Positions 1 through 10,006 of a stretch of 50,582 nt of DNA are shown here, piece after piece; position 1 is the first letter of the stretch; every line of letters begins with the position of its first letter. Position numbers and translations under genes: made by a program. Under the pieces are notes generated by a model, which was not told the DNA's origin, searched no databases, and worked only from the letters and a program-made list of their open reading frames with translations. Where the stretch lies: NCBI GenBank assembly GCA_964435235.1, contig CAYSXZ010000057.1:1-50582 (forward strand), written 5' to 3'. This DNA is from Candidatus Micrarchaeota archaeon. Lineage in GTDB: Archaea; Micrarchaeota; Micrarchaeia; Anstonellales; Bilamarchaeaceae.

Positions 1-3
1 TTA

Positions 4-201
4 TTATACTTTTCTATACTTCACAAGAATATCCGTAATATTTACATGGCTGACGAACATCCTTCTACAACAATATCTAGAGATGCCAAGTTCGTCGAGG
101 ACCACATCCGGGCTCTTCTCCTTCGTTAATTTTTTGTAATCTTCATAGAGATGACCGATGACCGCTCCACACGTAAAACATCTCACAGGGAATTCCAACA
201 T
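4..201 (-). CDS. rpoN: DNA-directed RNA polymerase subunit N (Rpb10 homologue)
   Basis: 65 aa. N-terminal PVRCFTCG and CCRRM zinc-binding motifs typical of RpoN/Rpb10. Sits at the end of the conserved archaeal L18e-L13-S9-RpoN cluster. Confidence 0.9.
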   Translation of the reverse strand: MLEFPVRCFTCGAVIGHLYEDYKKLTKEKSPDVVLDELGISRYCCRRMFVSHVNITDILVKYRKV

Positions 202-235
202 ATCACCTTATTCTTTTCATACGACATATACGTAT

Positions 236-736
236 CTATCTGTATGATTTTTGGTATCTTGCCCTCGCCTTCGGGCCGCGGAATTTCTTTGGTTCGACCC
301 TTCTTGTATCTTCAACGATAAGCGATCTGTCTATCGCAGCAAACTTTTCCTTCAGATTCATCTTATCGAAATACGCAACAAGCGCGCGTGCTATTGCTGT
401 TCGCGCAGCCTGCGCCTGCCCCATAACTCCTCCACCGGTAACTGAAACATTTATGTCTATTTCATTTGCTTCAGGCCCGATGTATCTTAATGGTTCCATT
501 ATTATTTCTTTTATATAACTATTATTGAAAGATGTTAAGTTTTTATGATTTATTCTTATTACGCCACGACCGCTTCTTATCCTGGCTCTTGCTTTGCTTT
601 CCTTTCTTTTTCCTCTTGATATAACTATCTTTTCTTTTGCAATCTTTTTCTTAATGGATTTTTTCTTCTGAGGCATAGTTGCTTTCTTTTCCTTCTTTGT
701 TTCTTCTTTTGATTCGGTTTCAAGATTTTCAACCAT
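236..736 (-). CDS. rps9: 30S ribosomal protein S9 (uS9) with Lys-rich N-terminal extension
   Basis: C-terminal GGGVMGQAQAARTAIARAL ... DTRRVEPKKFRGPKARARYQKSYR is the uS9 signature. Conserved cluster position. Confidence 0.92.
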   Translation of the reverse strand: MVENLETESKEETKKEKKATMPQKKKSIKKKIAKEKIVISRGKRKESKARARIRSGRGVIRINHKNLTSFNNSYIKEIIMEPLRYIGPEANEIDINVSVTGGGVMGQAQAARTAIARALVAYFDKMNLKEKFAAIDRSLIVEDTRRVEPKKFRGPKARARYQKSYR

Positions 737-740
737 AATA

Positions 741-1172
741 TCAACTCTTTATCATTTTGTATCCCATCATTTCGCATAATTTTTGGACAGTTATATGTGG
801 GGACACACCATCATATTTTTTAATTGCAATTTCTCCGGCTTTAAGCTCTTTTGGGTTGCCGCTGTAAACAATTATTCTTTTGTACGCTGATTTTCCCCTC
901 GCAGTTTTCCATGGTAACATCCCCCTTATCATCCGCTTGATAAGCATATGCGGCACTCTCGGCCATTTAGGAGATAGCTCTGGGTTTCCAGTATGTTTAG
1001 CTCTTCTTCTTTGTAAATATCTTTCTACGATAACACTTGGATTTCCAGTAAGTACGATTTTTTCAGCATTTATAACGCGAATTTCTTCTCCGCTAAGAGC
1101 CTTTTTAGCAACAAACGTTGCCATCCTTCCAAAAATAACGTTTGTTCCATCTATAACTATCATTGTTATCAC
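741..1172 (-). CDS. rpl13: 50S ribosomal protein L13 (uL13)
   Basis: VIDGTNVIFGRMA ... MLPWKTARG motifs and position between L18e and S9. The start could instead be the ATG at 1163. Confidence 0.9.
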   Translation of the reverse strand: MITMIVIDGTNVIFGRMATFVAKKALSGEEIRVINAEKIVLTGNPSVIVERYLQRRRAKHTGNPELSPKWPRVPHMLIKRMIRGMLPWKTARGKSAYKRIIVYSGNPKELKAGEIAIKKYDGVSPHITVQKLCEMMGYKMIKS

Positions 1173-1544
1173 CTATTTGATCACGATGACTTCTCTTCCG
1201 TTTGGGTTTGATTTGTAAAGACTTTCTATCGAAATCGCTTTTCCGCCAGCATTCGCTATGATCCTTTTTGCACTATCGCTAAATGAAAACGCTGCGATTG
1301 TAATCTTTTTGGAAAGATTTCCAGAACCGAGTACCTTTCCAGGTACTATCACCGTTCCATTTTCTAGTCCATATCTATCTATCTTACTAAGATTAACTTC
1401 TACCTTCTTCCTTCTAGGCTTGGAAAGTTCGCAAGCGACCTTTTTCCATATTGGTTTCCCGTCCTTTAATAGAGTTTCTATCAGTGATAACAAGGTTGGA
1501 TTCTCTTTTCGAGATTTAATTCTCTTTATGTTTGTTCTCTTCAT
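1173..1544 (-). CDS. rpl18e: 50S ribosomal protein L18e
   Basis: 123 aa. NPTLLSLIETL ... IWKKVA ... LSKPRRKKVEVNLSKI pattern of archaeal L18e. Directly abuts the rpl13 start. Confidence 0.88.
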   Translation of the reverse strand: MKRTNIKRIKSRKENPTLLSLIETLLKDGKPIWKKVACELSKPRRKKVEVNLSKIDRYGLENGTVIVPGKVLGSGNLSKKITIAAFSFSDSAKRIIANAGGKAISIESLYKSNPNGREVIVIK

Positions 1545-1664
1545 CGAAAATCACCCGGCTCGCCTTCTTGTATAAAGAAGACTAACGCCAAAAAGCACAA
1601 ATATTTAAATGGCGAAGGTTTTAAAAAGAATGTTTCAAACAAAATCAAATTTTGAGAAGTACTC

Positions 1665-2237
1665 ATGGGGGCTTTGTACGTGGGCAGGTATTATCTAGAT
1701 ATAGAAACATACTCGAAAGGTTCGAAACCAAACCCCCTATTCGATGAAATAATAACCATTCAATTTCAGCAAATAGACGCTCATGGCGAACCAATAGGTA
1801 ATCTTCAAATATTAAAAGGATGGGAATCGTCAGAAGAACACATAGTAAGGCGGTTCTATACAAGATTTATACAGAACCGCGGGACATGGGATTTTATTCC
1901 AGTTGGTTTTAACCTAAACTTTGAATTCGATTTTTTCGAATCTAAAATTATGAAGTATATAGGGGAAAAGGAACCGAGTTTCTATAATAAACCATACATA
2001 GACCTAAAGCATCTTACCATCCTTCTGAACAATGGAAGATTTAAGGGTTCCAGTCTTCGCAGGTTTAGCACAAAACAATATGATGGCAGCGTGATAAAAG
2101 AATATTACGAAAATAGGGATTATGCGGCTATCGAGAGATACATAAAAAACGAGGCCGAGGCATTTATAGACTTTTACAGAAGGATAATAAGAAATTCAGA
2201 AAAATGGAGGGCGGATCTTGGCGTATATAATTTCTAG
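1665..2237 (+). CDS. RNase H-like (DEDD-type) 3'-5' exonuclease domain protein
   Basis: YLDIET near the N-terminus resembles the ExoI DxE motif of PolB-like/RNase H-fold exonucleases. 190 aa. Family assignment is by motif only. Confidence 0.5.
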   Translation: MGALYVGRYYLDIETYSKGSKPNPLFDEIITIQFQQIDAHGEPIGNLQILKGWESSEEHIVRRFYTRFIQNRGTWDFIPVGFNLNFEFDFFESKIMKYIGEKEPSFYNKPYIDLKHLTILLNNGRFKGSSLRRFSTKQYDGSVIKEYYENRDYAAIERYIKNEAEAFIDFYRRIIRNSEKWRADLGVYNF

Positions 2238-3457
2238 AACGTATTGGCTATCTGAGAGAGCATTACTAAGAACAGAGCAAACAATATTAAGCCAGAAATA
2301 AGATGTAGTTCTCTTATGTACTTTTCCTTCATCTCGCTTACTTCCTCGATATTGGTCTTTCCGATGTAGATGACGATCGTAATTATAACCATTGGCATTA
2401 CAAAAACTATATTGTAAAGTATTAGATACATAAGCAGTTTCAACGTTACTGCTTTTGAAAGCATTCCCAGAACCATGAGATATGGACCTGAAGAACATGG
2501 TAGTAGAAATATCGAACAGATAAGTGCAATAATAGCCGTTAATAGCAGTATAAAAATATTCTTAAGCAATTTTCCATTCGTTTCTTCTTTATTGTTATCT
2601 TCACCTGCTGCCTTGAGTTTTTTAAATGCATTCTTGAGAATTGGTCTTAGAAACATCGGCATCTCCACTGCAAAGAATCCTGGCTTATAATTAAAATAAG
2701 CATTAAATTCCATAAGAGAAAGTATGAACGCAGCGCCGGTTACTATTTTATAAAAGATGTTTGCTGCATCCGTACTCACAACAAAATAATGTATCCCTAG
2801 CCCCATAAGAAAATATGATATAAAAACCACTCCTATGAAAATACTAGCGGCGAGGAGCATCAGTCTTCCACCCCTAATCATAAGTATTGTTCCAAGGAGC
2901 AGCACCATAACTGTAATGGTGCATGGATTTATAGAATCAACTATCGCAGCCCCTATTAATGTAACTAGAGTAAGCTGACTTGTTACATCTCTTTCCTCTA
3001 TCGGACTAAAAGACCATTGTGTAAAAATACCACTTAGTGTCGTATTTGCAATGTGCTCCTCTATTATCTCTTTCATCCTTTCCTTGTCGACTTCGCCAAT
3101 TATCATAGAGCGATTTTCGAGCAGTAATGTTGGTACCCCGCCTTCGTTTGGATCTTTTCCAAACCGTATGTAAAGATCGAACATTTCCTGACGATTTTTT
3201 GCATCTAAATATACCTCCTTTTTCACTATATTCAAATTATACTCTAATTTTAGTTCCTCAAGAAGCGTATCCATACGCGCACAGTGAGGGCAGCCAGCGC
3301 CATAATAGACTGTTATATCTATACTCTTACTTTCGTAGTTATTTGTGTTATCAGCAACAACTCCAAAAGAAACAGAAGTTATGCTAACTGAGATGATAAT
3401 AAAAATGAGCGACAAATATAATGGTCTCAAAAAAGATAGCATAAAATCAGCATTCAC
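2234..3457 (-). CDS. Membrane thiol:disulfide oxidoreductase: thioredoxin-fold domain fused to a CcdA/DsbD-like transmembrane domain
   Basis: N-terminal signal/TM, CPHC redox motif, then a polytopic region with the DSINPCT motif typical of CcdA/DsbD. 4-nt overlap with upstream metK. Confidence 0.75.
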   Translation of the reverse strand: MNADFMLSFLRPLYLSLIFIIISVSITSVSFGVVADNTNNYESKSIDITVYYGAGCPHCARMDTLLEELKLEYNLNIVKKEVYLDAKNRQEMFDLYIRFGKDPNEGGVPTLLLENRSMIIGEVDKERMKEIIEEHIANTTLSGIFTQWSFSPIEERDVTSQLTLVTLIGAAIVDSINPCTITVMVLLLGTILMIRGGRLMLLAASIFIGVVFISYFLMGLGIHYFVVSTDAANIFYKIVTGAAFILSLMEFNAYFNYKPGFFAVEMPMFLRPILKNAFKKLKAAGEDNNKEETNGKLLKNIFILLLTAIIALICSIFLLPCSSGPYLMVLGMLSKAVTLKLLMYLILYNIVFVMPMVIITIVIYIGKTNIEEVSEMKEKYIRELHLISGLILFALFLVMLSQIANTF

Positions 3458-4614
3458 AATCTCACCTCTTCTCTAAGCATGTCCGCCATATCTGTTTTTT
3501 CCCATGTGAAATCCGGGTCCTCGCGACCAAAGTGTCCATAGGCAGCAGTTTTCCTGTATATAGGTCTTAAGAGGTCGAGACGTTTGATCATATCAGTAGG
3601 TTTAAAGGAGAAATGTTTTAAAACGAGTTGCTCTATCTTTTCCACCGGTATCTTATTTGTTCCTCTCGTGTCTATAAATACCGAAAGCGGCTTTGCTACC
3701 CCAATAACATATGCAATTTGAATTTCGCATTCGTCTGCAAGACCTGCAGCAACTATATTTTTTGCTACGTATCTGGCCATATATGCTCCAGAACGGTCAA
3801 CCTTCGATGGATCCTTTCCAGAGAAACAACCCCCGCCATGGTGCCCTCTTCCGCCATACGTGTCAACTATTATTTTTCTTCCAGTTACTCCAGAATCGCC
3901 ACTCGGTCCTCCTATAACAAACCTTCCAGTACCGTTAACGTGAATGATCGTTTCGTCATCGAACCATTTTCCACAGACTGGCTTGATGACATGCTTCGTG
4001 ATGTCCTCTCTTATCTGCTCAAGCGATACCTCAGGATCGTGCTGAGCAGCGACAACAACTGTATGAACCCTACTCGGTTTGTGATCTACATACTCGATCG
4101 TTACCTGTGTTTTTCCGTCTGGTCTAAGATATTTAAGCGTGCCATTCTTTCTCACCTGCGCAAGCCTAAATGCCATCTCATGGGCGAGCTGAATTGGAAG
4201 GGGCATAAGTTGCGGTGTCTCGTTTGTCGCATATCCAAACATTATCCCTTGATCCCCAGCCCCTTGTTCTCTTCCTTCACCAGCGTTAACCCCCTGTGCT
4301 ATATCCGGGGATTGTTCATGGATCGAGACGATAGTCCCGCAGGAATGGCAGTCGAACATGTATTCTGGAGAGGTGTATCCTATGTCCCTTATGACGTTGC
4401 GTGCTACCTCAGCAACGTTTACATACCCTTTCGTTGTAACCTCACCCATAACCATTACAAGACCAGTGGTGACGGCTGTTTCAACAGCAACCCGAGAGTT
4501 CGGATCCTGCTTTAGCATCTCATCAAGAATTGCATCGCTTATCTGGTCGCATATCTTATCTGGATGACCCTCTGTCACCGATTCCGACGAAAAAAGGTAT
4601 CTTTTTGTTGACAT
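3454..4614 (-). CDS. metK: S-adenosylmethionine synthetase, bacterial/eukaryotic type
   Basis: [34 protein letters not shown] and [19 protein letters not shown] are classic MetK signatures. Confidence 0.95.
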   Translation of the reverse strand: MSTKRYLFSSESVTEGHPDKICDQISDAILDEMLKQDPNSRVAVETAVTTGLVMVMGEVTTKGYVNVAEVARNVIRDIGYTSPEYMFDCHSCGTIVSIHEQSPDIAQGVNAGEGREQGAGDQGIMFGYATNETPQLMPLPIQLAHEMAFRLAQVRKNGTLKYLRPDGKTQVTIEYVDHKPSRVHTVVVAAQHDPEVSLEQIREDITKHVIKPVCGKWFDDETIIHVNGTGRFVIGGPSGDSGVTGRKIIVDTYGGRGHHGGGCFSGKDPSKVDRSGAYMARYVAKNIVAAGLADECEIQIAYVIGVAKPLSVFIDTRGTNKIPVEKIEQLVLKHFSFKPTDMIKRLDLLRPIYRKTAAYGHFGREDPDFTWEKTDMADMLREEVRL

Positions 4615-4722
4615 TTTTTCTCAACCCTCATTTATTTTTATTTTATTTTTATTTATTTCTTCTTTTCTTTTGTGATAACATTTTTTAAAAACTTTTACTA
4701 TGATTATTTCGCAGTGGTGCCT

Positions 4723-5148
4723 ATGGGAGATGAAGAAGATGAAGAGATAGCAGAGGAATACAAAGGGCCTGAAAAGGAAGAGCCAGTATACGAAGAAGAA
4801 ACTCCAGATATAGAAAGAGGGCAAAATGAGCCAGGTGCAGACATTGATAAATTGACAAACCTAATATGGAATTTTAGACGCGCGATCGAAAATTTGGACC
4901 ATCTCATAAATACTCTTAAAAGCGCTGTTGACGAAAAACAAAAGGCAGAGATAAAAGAGCAGATAATAGATGCTAGAAAGAGAGTTTTAGATGCAAAGAA
5001 GGAGTTAGATGACTACAGGTTGCAATTTAAGGATGCTGCTCCTTCTATGGGGGAGCTTGAACTAAATCTTCTAAAGCAAGAGGAGTTAGCACTTGCTGAT
5101 GCAGAAAAAATCTTAAAAGAAGGAAAAACAAAAAGAAGAAAAAAATAG
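4723..5148 (+). CDS. Acidic coiled-coil hypothetical protein
   Basis: ORF 4672-5148. The likely start is the ATG at 4723 (MGDEEDEE). Highly charged E/K-rich, no recognisable family. Confidence 0.45.
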   Translation: MGDEEDEEIAEEYKGPEKEEPVYEEETPDIERGQNEPGADIDKLTNLIWNFRRAIENLDHLINTLKSAVDEKQKAEIKEQIIDARKRVLDAKKELDDYRLQFKDAAPSMGELELNLLKQEELALADAEKILKEGKTKRRKK

Positions 5149-5159
5149 AAAACGAAAAA

Positions 5160-5717
5160 GTGATGCCGATGCAGACACTCGAGGCGATAGAAAAAAGACA
5201 TTCGGTACGCGATTTTCTTAATAAAGCAGTTGAGAATGAGAAGATAATTTCTATTCTTGATGCTGCGATACGTGCACCATCTGGTATGAATAGGCAGCCG
5301 TGGTATTTTCTTGTGATTGCAGAAGAAGAAAATAAGAAGAAGGTACTATCTGCAATCGCGAGCTATAACCGTTGGATGAGCAAAGCGCCGGTAATAATTA
5401 TTGCATTTGCAGACAGTTCCGCCTTTTATGGAAGAGAGGAGCAGAAGACGTATCTTCTTGATATTGGACTTGCAATAGAAAATTTGCTCTTGGCTGCGAC
5501 CGATCTAGGGCTTGGCGCATGCGTTACTATTGGCTTTTCTGCCGAAAAGCTGCAAAAGGCGTTGGAGATACCGAAGAGGTTCATACCGATAGCCGTTATC
5601 CCTGTAGGGTACGAATCTGATGAAAAATTTGCTGATGTATTAATCAAAGAAGTTACACATTCAATAAATAAGAAAAAGAAATTTGAGGAAGTAGTATCAT
5701 TCGAAAAAATAGATTAA
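5160..5717 (+). CDS. Nitroreductase family protein
   Basis: LEAIEKRHSVRDF N-terminus, PSGMNRQPW and GLGAC motifs typical of the NADH oxidase/nitroreductase fold. Confidence 0.85.
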   Translation: MMPMQTLEAIEKRHSVRDFLNKAVENEKIISILDAAIRAPSGMNRQPWYFLVIAEEENKKKVLSAIASYNRWMSKAPVIIIAFADSSAFYGREEQKTYLLDIGLAIENLLLAATDLGLGACVTIGFSAEKLQKALEIPKRFIPIAVIPVGYESDEKFADVLIKEVTHSINKKKKFEEVVSFEKID

Positions 5718-6418
5718 ACATGCTTCCTGACATCTATCGCTTTACCAGTTGGTATCTTCTTCATGTTTTTTATAAGGTCTATTATTTCCAGTGCAACATC
5801 TTCCGGAACATGTTCTGCGGGCTGGCTTGATATCTGCTCCCACATCTTTGTCTGAGTCGAAGTTGGGCATATCGCATAAACCTTTATCCCCTCTCGCTCG
5901 AGTTCTTGTGCAAGAGATTCTGTAAAACCAATTACGCCAAACTTTGTTGCGCAATAAACAGCTAGATCAGCATATCCATGTTTTCCAGCTACCGATGATA
6001 TGTTTAGTATAAGCCCATCTTTCTGCTTTCGCATATACGGAATAACTTCTTTTGTGCAGTGCATAAGGCCAATAAGATTTACGTTCACTATCGCGTCTAC
6101 CATATCATCAGGCATTTCCGCAAACGACCCATAATGAAGAATGCCCGCGTTGTTTACTAAGATATTTATCCTTCCGAATTTCTCAATTGTTTTATCAAAC
6201 ATGTTTCTTATATCCGCAAGTTTTGTAACATCTGCCTGAACTAGAAGTACCTTTCCACCGATTTTGTTTATTCTCTTTGCTATCTCCTCGAGCTCTGAAA
6301 TCACCCGGCCAGCGATGACAACTGCTGCGCCGTTTTTTGCTAATTCAAGTGCTATCGCAGCCCCTATCCCTCTTCCTCCTCCAGTAACTACCGCAACCTT
6401 TTTATCTAAAAGTTTCAT
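5714..6418 (-). CDS. Short-chain dehydrogenase/reductase (FabG-like)
   Basis: KVAVVTGGGRGIGAAIA Rossmann motif, NNAG, and YCATKFG catalytic YxxxK. The start is taken at the ATG at 6418 (MKLLDKK). Confidence 0.88.
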   Translation of the reverse strand: MKLLDKKVAVVTGGGRGIGAAIALELAKNGAAVVIAGRVISELEEIAKRINKIGGKVLLVQADVTKLADIRNMFDKTIEKFGRINILVNNAGILHYGSFAEMPDDMVDAIVNVNLIGLMHCTKEVIPYMRKQKDGLILNISSVAGKHGYADLAVYCATKFGVIGFTESLAQELEREGIKVYAICPTSTQTKMWEQISSQPAEHVPEDVALEIIDLIKNMKKIPTGKAIDVRKHV

Positions 6419-6456
6419 AAGAATAAGAAAACAAAACAAAACTTTTAAAGACAGTA

Positions 6457-7095
6457 TTAAAACTTCCTACTATTCGTCAACTTATCAGATCTGGTTCGCG
6501 GTCTTTCTTTTCGAATTTGGAAAATCTTTTTTATGTCCTCATCAATCGAAGAAGGTTTTACTACTTTTGGTCCTGAGCTGTCGTTGAGTTTTGCAAGCAT
6601 CTTCCCAATATTCTTTTTCAGCACCTCTGGCGTCTTTTGATTTTCTAAAATCCTTTCGAATTCATGTTGCAACAATTCTTTATTAACTCCGTTTTCATCT
6701 TTAAGACCAACGAGTGCGGCTGCAGCTTCTGAGCGTACTCGAACGTCCTCATTTTCAGAAACCAGAAGACGAAAGAGCTTCGCAGTAAACGGCGATGGGT
6801 TTGTCATCTTAAGCCCGACAATACCGCCATATTTTGTTGCGCTATTATCGTCATCAAGCATCAGACTAAATGAAGCAAGTAGGGTAGCGTCGTCCCTGCC
6901 TAACATATCTACTAAAGCCTTTGCGAGCGCCTCGCAGACCATAAAATTCTTTTCAGCAAACATCATTTCGATAAATTTTTCTTCGAACTGAACCATTCCC
7001 TGCTCTCCTGCTGCAGTTATAACTATTGTTTTATCGAACCATTTCACATTCGGATTGTTAATTTTCTCTAATATCTCTTTTTCACTCATGGCCAT
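6457..7095 (-). CDS. HEAT/PBS-lyase-like repeat protein
   Basis: Repeated helical units such as DVRVRSEAAAALVGLKD resemble HEAT_2 repeats. Function unknown. Confidence 0.5.
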   Translation of the reverse strand: MAMSEKEILEKINNPNVKWFDKTIVITAAGEQGMVQFEEKFIEMMFAEKNFMVCEALAKALVDMLGRDDATLLASFSLMLDDDNSATKYGGIVGLKMTNPSPFTAKLFRLLVSENEDVRVRSEAAAALVGLKDENGVNKELLQHEFERILENQKTPEVLKKNIGKMLAKLNDSSGPKVVKPSSIDEDIKKIFQIRKERPRTRSDKLTNSRKF

Positions 7096-7215
7096 AATAA
7101 ATAATGTGCTAGAAAGGTTTTAAAAGTGTTTTCTAATCGAACAATCAGCGGCCTGACTGCAATATTTGCGTGGATAATAAGCAACCTTTATAATTTTAAC
7201 ATAAAGAAAATATCG

Positions 7216-7821
7216 ATGCTTAAGCAGAACGAAAGATTGAAAGAGATCCAAGTTAAAATTGGGGAAATCTTTTCATTTATTCCTCTTAGCCCTAATCAAT
7301 GGACCATAATTTCCATAGTAGTTGCAATAACAGGTGCGTACGAAATAATAACAGTCAATCTTATTTATGGTCTTTTTCTCTTTGTCATAGCAGGAGCAAT
7401 CGATATGTTAGATGGGGCGATTGCAAGAGCGCGAGGAGAAGAAACAAAACTAGGAGCTTTTCTGGATGGGGTATGTGACAGGTTTGTAGAAGCGTTATTT
7501 CTCTTCGCAATGATGTTTTATCCATTACCATTCATATGGCTTGACTCGAAAATCTGGCTTGCTCTTCTCATTTTTTTTGGTAGTTGTATGCCGTCTTATG
7601 TAAGGGCATATGCTGACCATACAGGAGTGCTAAGCCATGAAGAGGCAAAAAAGCTAGGAGGGGTATTTGAAAGAAGCGAGAGAATAATTCTTCTTGCCTT
7701 AGGAATGTCTGCCGGGATACTAATTTCGATGGATTATTTTGTTTATTCTGTAATAATCGCCATAATCCTCTCGATAATAACTGTGATTCAAAGAACTTGT
7801 GTGATAGCAAGAAAAGCATAG
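7216..7821 (+). CDS. CDP-alcohol phosphatidyltransferase family protein (archaeal lipid head-group synthase)
   Basis: DMLDGAIARARGEETKLGAFLDGVCDR matches DGx2ARx8Gx3Dx3D. Polytopic membrane protein. Start chosen at the ATG at 7216 (the ORF opens at 7126 with GTG). Confidence 0.85.
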   Translation: MLKQNERLKEIQVKIGEIFSFIPLSPNQWTIISIVVAITGAYEIITVNLIYGLFLFVIAGAIDMLDGAIARARGEETKLGAFLDGVCDRFVEALFLFAMMFYPLPFIWLDSKIWLALLIFFGSCMPSYVRAYADHTGVLSHEEAKKLGGVFERSERIILLALGMSAGILISMDYFVYSVIIAIILSIITVIQRTCVIARKA

Positions 7822-7916
7822 GTTTAAATATTACCATTGAGCCAATAATAACAGGAACCCATTGATCGGCTTTTGGCTGAGTTTGAATGGGTTAGTATAA
7901 AATAGGTGAATATAGA

Positions 7917-8072
7917 ATGGGAGAAAGTGAAGGCGGATACGGCCGCGAAAGGAAGATGTACGATGCAGTCTGTGCAAAGTGCGGACAGCCTTGCCAGGTG
8001 CCGTTCCAGCCTACTGAAGGAAGACCGGTCTATTGTAGAAACTGCTATAGACCAAGAAGACCAAGATACTAA
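7917..8072 (+). CDS. Small CxxC-x17-CxxC zinc-ribbon protein (51 aa)
   Basis: Hand-translated: MGESEGGYGRERKMYDAVCAKCGQPCQVPFQPTEGRPVYCRNCYRPRRPRY. CxxC, exactly 17 residues, then CxxC. Below the ORF-track size cutoff and in a different frame from the listed ORF 7906-8331. Confidence 0.75.
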   Translation: MGESEGGYGRERKMYDAVCAKCGQPCQVPFQPTEGRPVYCRNCYRPRRPRY

Positions 8073-8172
8073 AATAAAGGATGATGTTTATTTTAGGAAT
8101 ATTGGCGGATTAATGTTCTTTTGTTTTTTGATTTTATTTGATACTGAGATATCTTCGGTATCTAGTGATAAT

Positions 8173-8331
8173 ATGTTTGAAGGCGATAACAGTTGCGCTG
8201 TATGTAAAAAGGAATTAGACGAAAAGGAACGTGTTTATAGAAAAAGCCTCGTAGGAAAAACTTACACATTCTGCAAGAAATGTTTAGAAACAAAAAAAGA
8301 AGAGGTGCAAAAAATTCTGGAGCAGGATTAG
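8173..8331 (+). CDS. Small zinc-ribbon-like protein (52 aa)
   Basis: C-terminal part of ORF 7906-8331: MFEGDNSCAVCKKEL...TFCKKCLETKKEE with two CxxC pairs. The start is uncertain (8113 or 8173). Confidence 0.4.
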   Translation: MFEGDNSCAVCKKELDEKERVYRKSLVGKTYTFCKKCLETKKEEVQKILEQD

Positions 8332-9177
8332 TTATTCATGCGTTGTTACGAGGAACGCCCACCAAGGCCCTTGCTCTCTTTCCACAATCCCGCTTTGAGC
8401 ATGCACCCGTGCTTGTATAGGTAGTTCTACATCAAACAGCCAGAGAAGTTTGCCTGATCTTGTACCGTTTATATCATAATATGGATTTTCATTCTCTACA
8501 GTTAGCTGTACAGCATCTATTCTCTTCAATCTTATTCGCTCATGGAGTTGCGCTGGAGTAATTGTCACTGCAGTTTCATTCTCGCCAATAAGTATCCTAT
8601 CATTGAACAGACGAACCGTTTCCCTTGTTCTTACTATCGTACCATTCTCTTCTATTTCAATTTCCTCTTCTTTCGTTGAATTTATTTTAAAAACGTGCTC
8701 TCTTTCTTCAAGCCTCACCCTAACCGGCATTGTCGCATTAAGTGGTATGGTTTCGTTCTCAACATTAATTACGTGCGTTCGTGCGATTATACTTACAATC
8801 TGCCCTTGTGGAACTTCGAGCGCGCCACTCTTTCTCTGTTCTATTATCTCACGCACTTCAGTTGCAATGCCAACGCTAGTTTCACTTCCTACTGCCTGAC
8901 CTTCTCTCGTCCTTTTCCTCAGCGGTTCAGGCTCTCGCGGCTCTGGCAATGGAGATCTTCTTTCTTCAGGTGGAGCTACTCTTTCTGGTCTGCAATCCTC
9001 TGGACATGTTTCTGCTGTTTCCGGACACGGACAACCTATCGCCGTGCACACTATTTCTTGGCAGATTCCATCCCCGCACATGTCCCTACAGGTCTCGAGT
9101 GTTGCGTTGTCTCTAGGAATTGCCATGGCTGTTCCAAAAACCAACAAAAGCCCTAATAACATTAAAATTCCTTTCAT
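8332..9177 (-). CDS. Secreted Cys-rich hypothetical protein
   Basis: Signal peptide MKGILMLLGLLLVFGTAMA, then CRDMCGDGICQEIVCTAIGCPCPETAETCPEDC. No family recognised. Confidence 0.6.
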   Translation of the reverse strand: MKGILMLLGLLLVFGTAMAIPRDNATLETCRDMCGDGICQEIVCTAIGCPCPETAETCPEDCRPERVAPPEERRSPLPEPREPEPLRKRTREGQAVGSETSVGIATEVREIIEQRKSGALEVPQGQIVSIIARTHVINVENETIPLNATMPVRVRLEEREHVFKINSTKEEEIEIEENGTIVRTRETVRLFNDRILIGENETAVTITPAQLHERIRLKRIDAVQLTVENENPYYDINGTRSGKLLWLFDVELPIQARVHAQSGIVEREQGPWWAFLVTTHE

Positions 9178-9208
9178 AGGATCATCCCTTGTTTTACTAT
9201 TGTCTTTA

Positions 9209-9970
9209 CTACTTTGAATAATTATTTTTAAACTTTGGTAGCAAACGCAAGAATCTCATCGCATCGTCGTACATTGACATGTTGTTAAAGAGGACGTAAC
9301 ATTCTCTGCACTTCAACGAAAGTGCTTTTCTCTTTATTTTCGCTAGTTCTTCATCAGAAAAAACATACTGATACATTGTTGGTCTTCCAAATCCATGCAA
9401 TCTAAAGTATGCTATGTTTTTCTTCCCAAAATATTGAGGTTCATTTCTCAGTGGGTCCACGCAATTTATAAGGTCGAATTCCTTACATAGCTCCTTTATC
9501 GTCTCTGGTTTTTCCCACCATCTTCCGCGCGGTTCCCAAGCTATCATCAAACTCTCTCTTTCTATTTTTCTGAAAAAATCACGCATCCTTTTAACATTCG
9601 CAGCGCTCGGCCCAAAGCCCGCCGGTGTTTGGAGAAGAAGCATCTTTGCTCTGAGGGCAGCGCAGATTTCCTTCATTCTTTCGAACGCCCAGAACGCTTC
9701 CTTTTCGAACGCTGCTTTGTGAGTGATTATCTGACTTGCCTTAACAGTAAATTCAAAATTTCTATTCTGCTTCCTTGCTTCCTCAAACCATCTTTCTGCA
9801 GTTGAAACCTTTGGAATTCTATAAAAGGTCGAATTTATTTCAACGAGCGAAAAGAGAGAGGCGTATGCAGAAAGGACAGATGGGAATTGCTCCTTCCAAT
9901 CATCGCCGAACCTTTCCTTTGGCATCAGATAGCCCCATCCACAGCAGCCTATTTTTATTGTGGGTTTCAT
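9209..9970 (-). CDS. DUF72 (UPF0759) family protein
   Basis: KIGCCGWGY ... NSTFYRIP ... FRLHG pattern characteristic of DUF72. Confidence 0.75.
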   Translation of the reverse strand: MKPTIKIGCCGWGYLMPKERFGDDWKEQFPSVLSAYASLFSLVEINSTFYRIPKVSTAERWFEEARKQNRNFEFTVKASQIITHKAAFEKEAFWAFERMKEICAALRAKMLLLQTPAGFGPSAANVKRMRDFFRKIERESLMIAWEPRGRWWEKPETIKELCKEFDLINCVDPLRNEPQYFGKKNIAYFRLHGFGRPTMYQYVFSDEELAKIKRKALSLKCRECYVLFNNMSMYDDAMRFLRLLPKFKNNYSK

Positions 9971-10006
9971 AAATCATATCCTTCTTCTATCCTTTTAAAA
10001 ATAGTT

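Noticed and set aside
3628-4515. 295-aa ORF antisense to metK, and similar long antisense ORFs (for example 11837-12397, 30367-30876, 34718-35152, 49870-50274)
   Set aside because: Each lies opposite a gene with strong family signatures, and their own translations look non-protein-like. They are antisense shadow ORFs.
7906-8331. The 141-aa ORF as a single gene
   Set aside because: Its N-terminal half overlaps, out of frame, a 51-aa ORF with a textbook CxxC-x17-CxxC motif. Only the C-terminal third looks protein-like.
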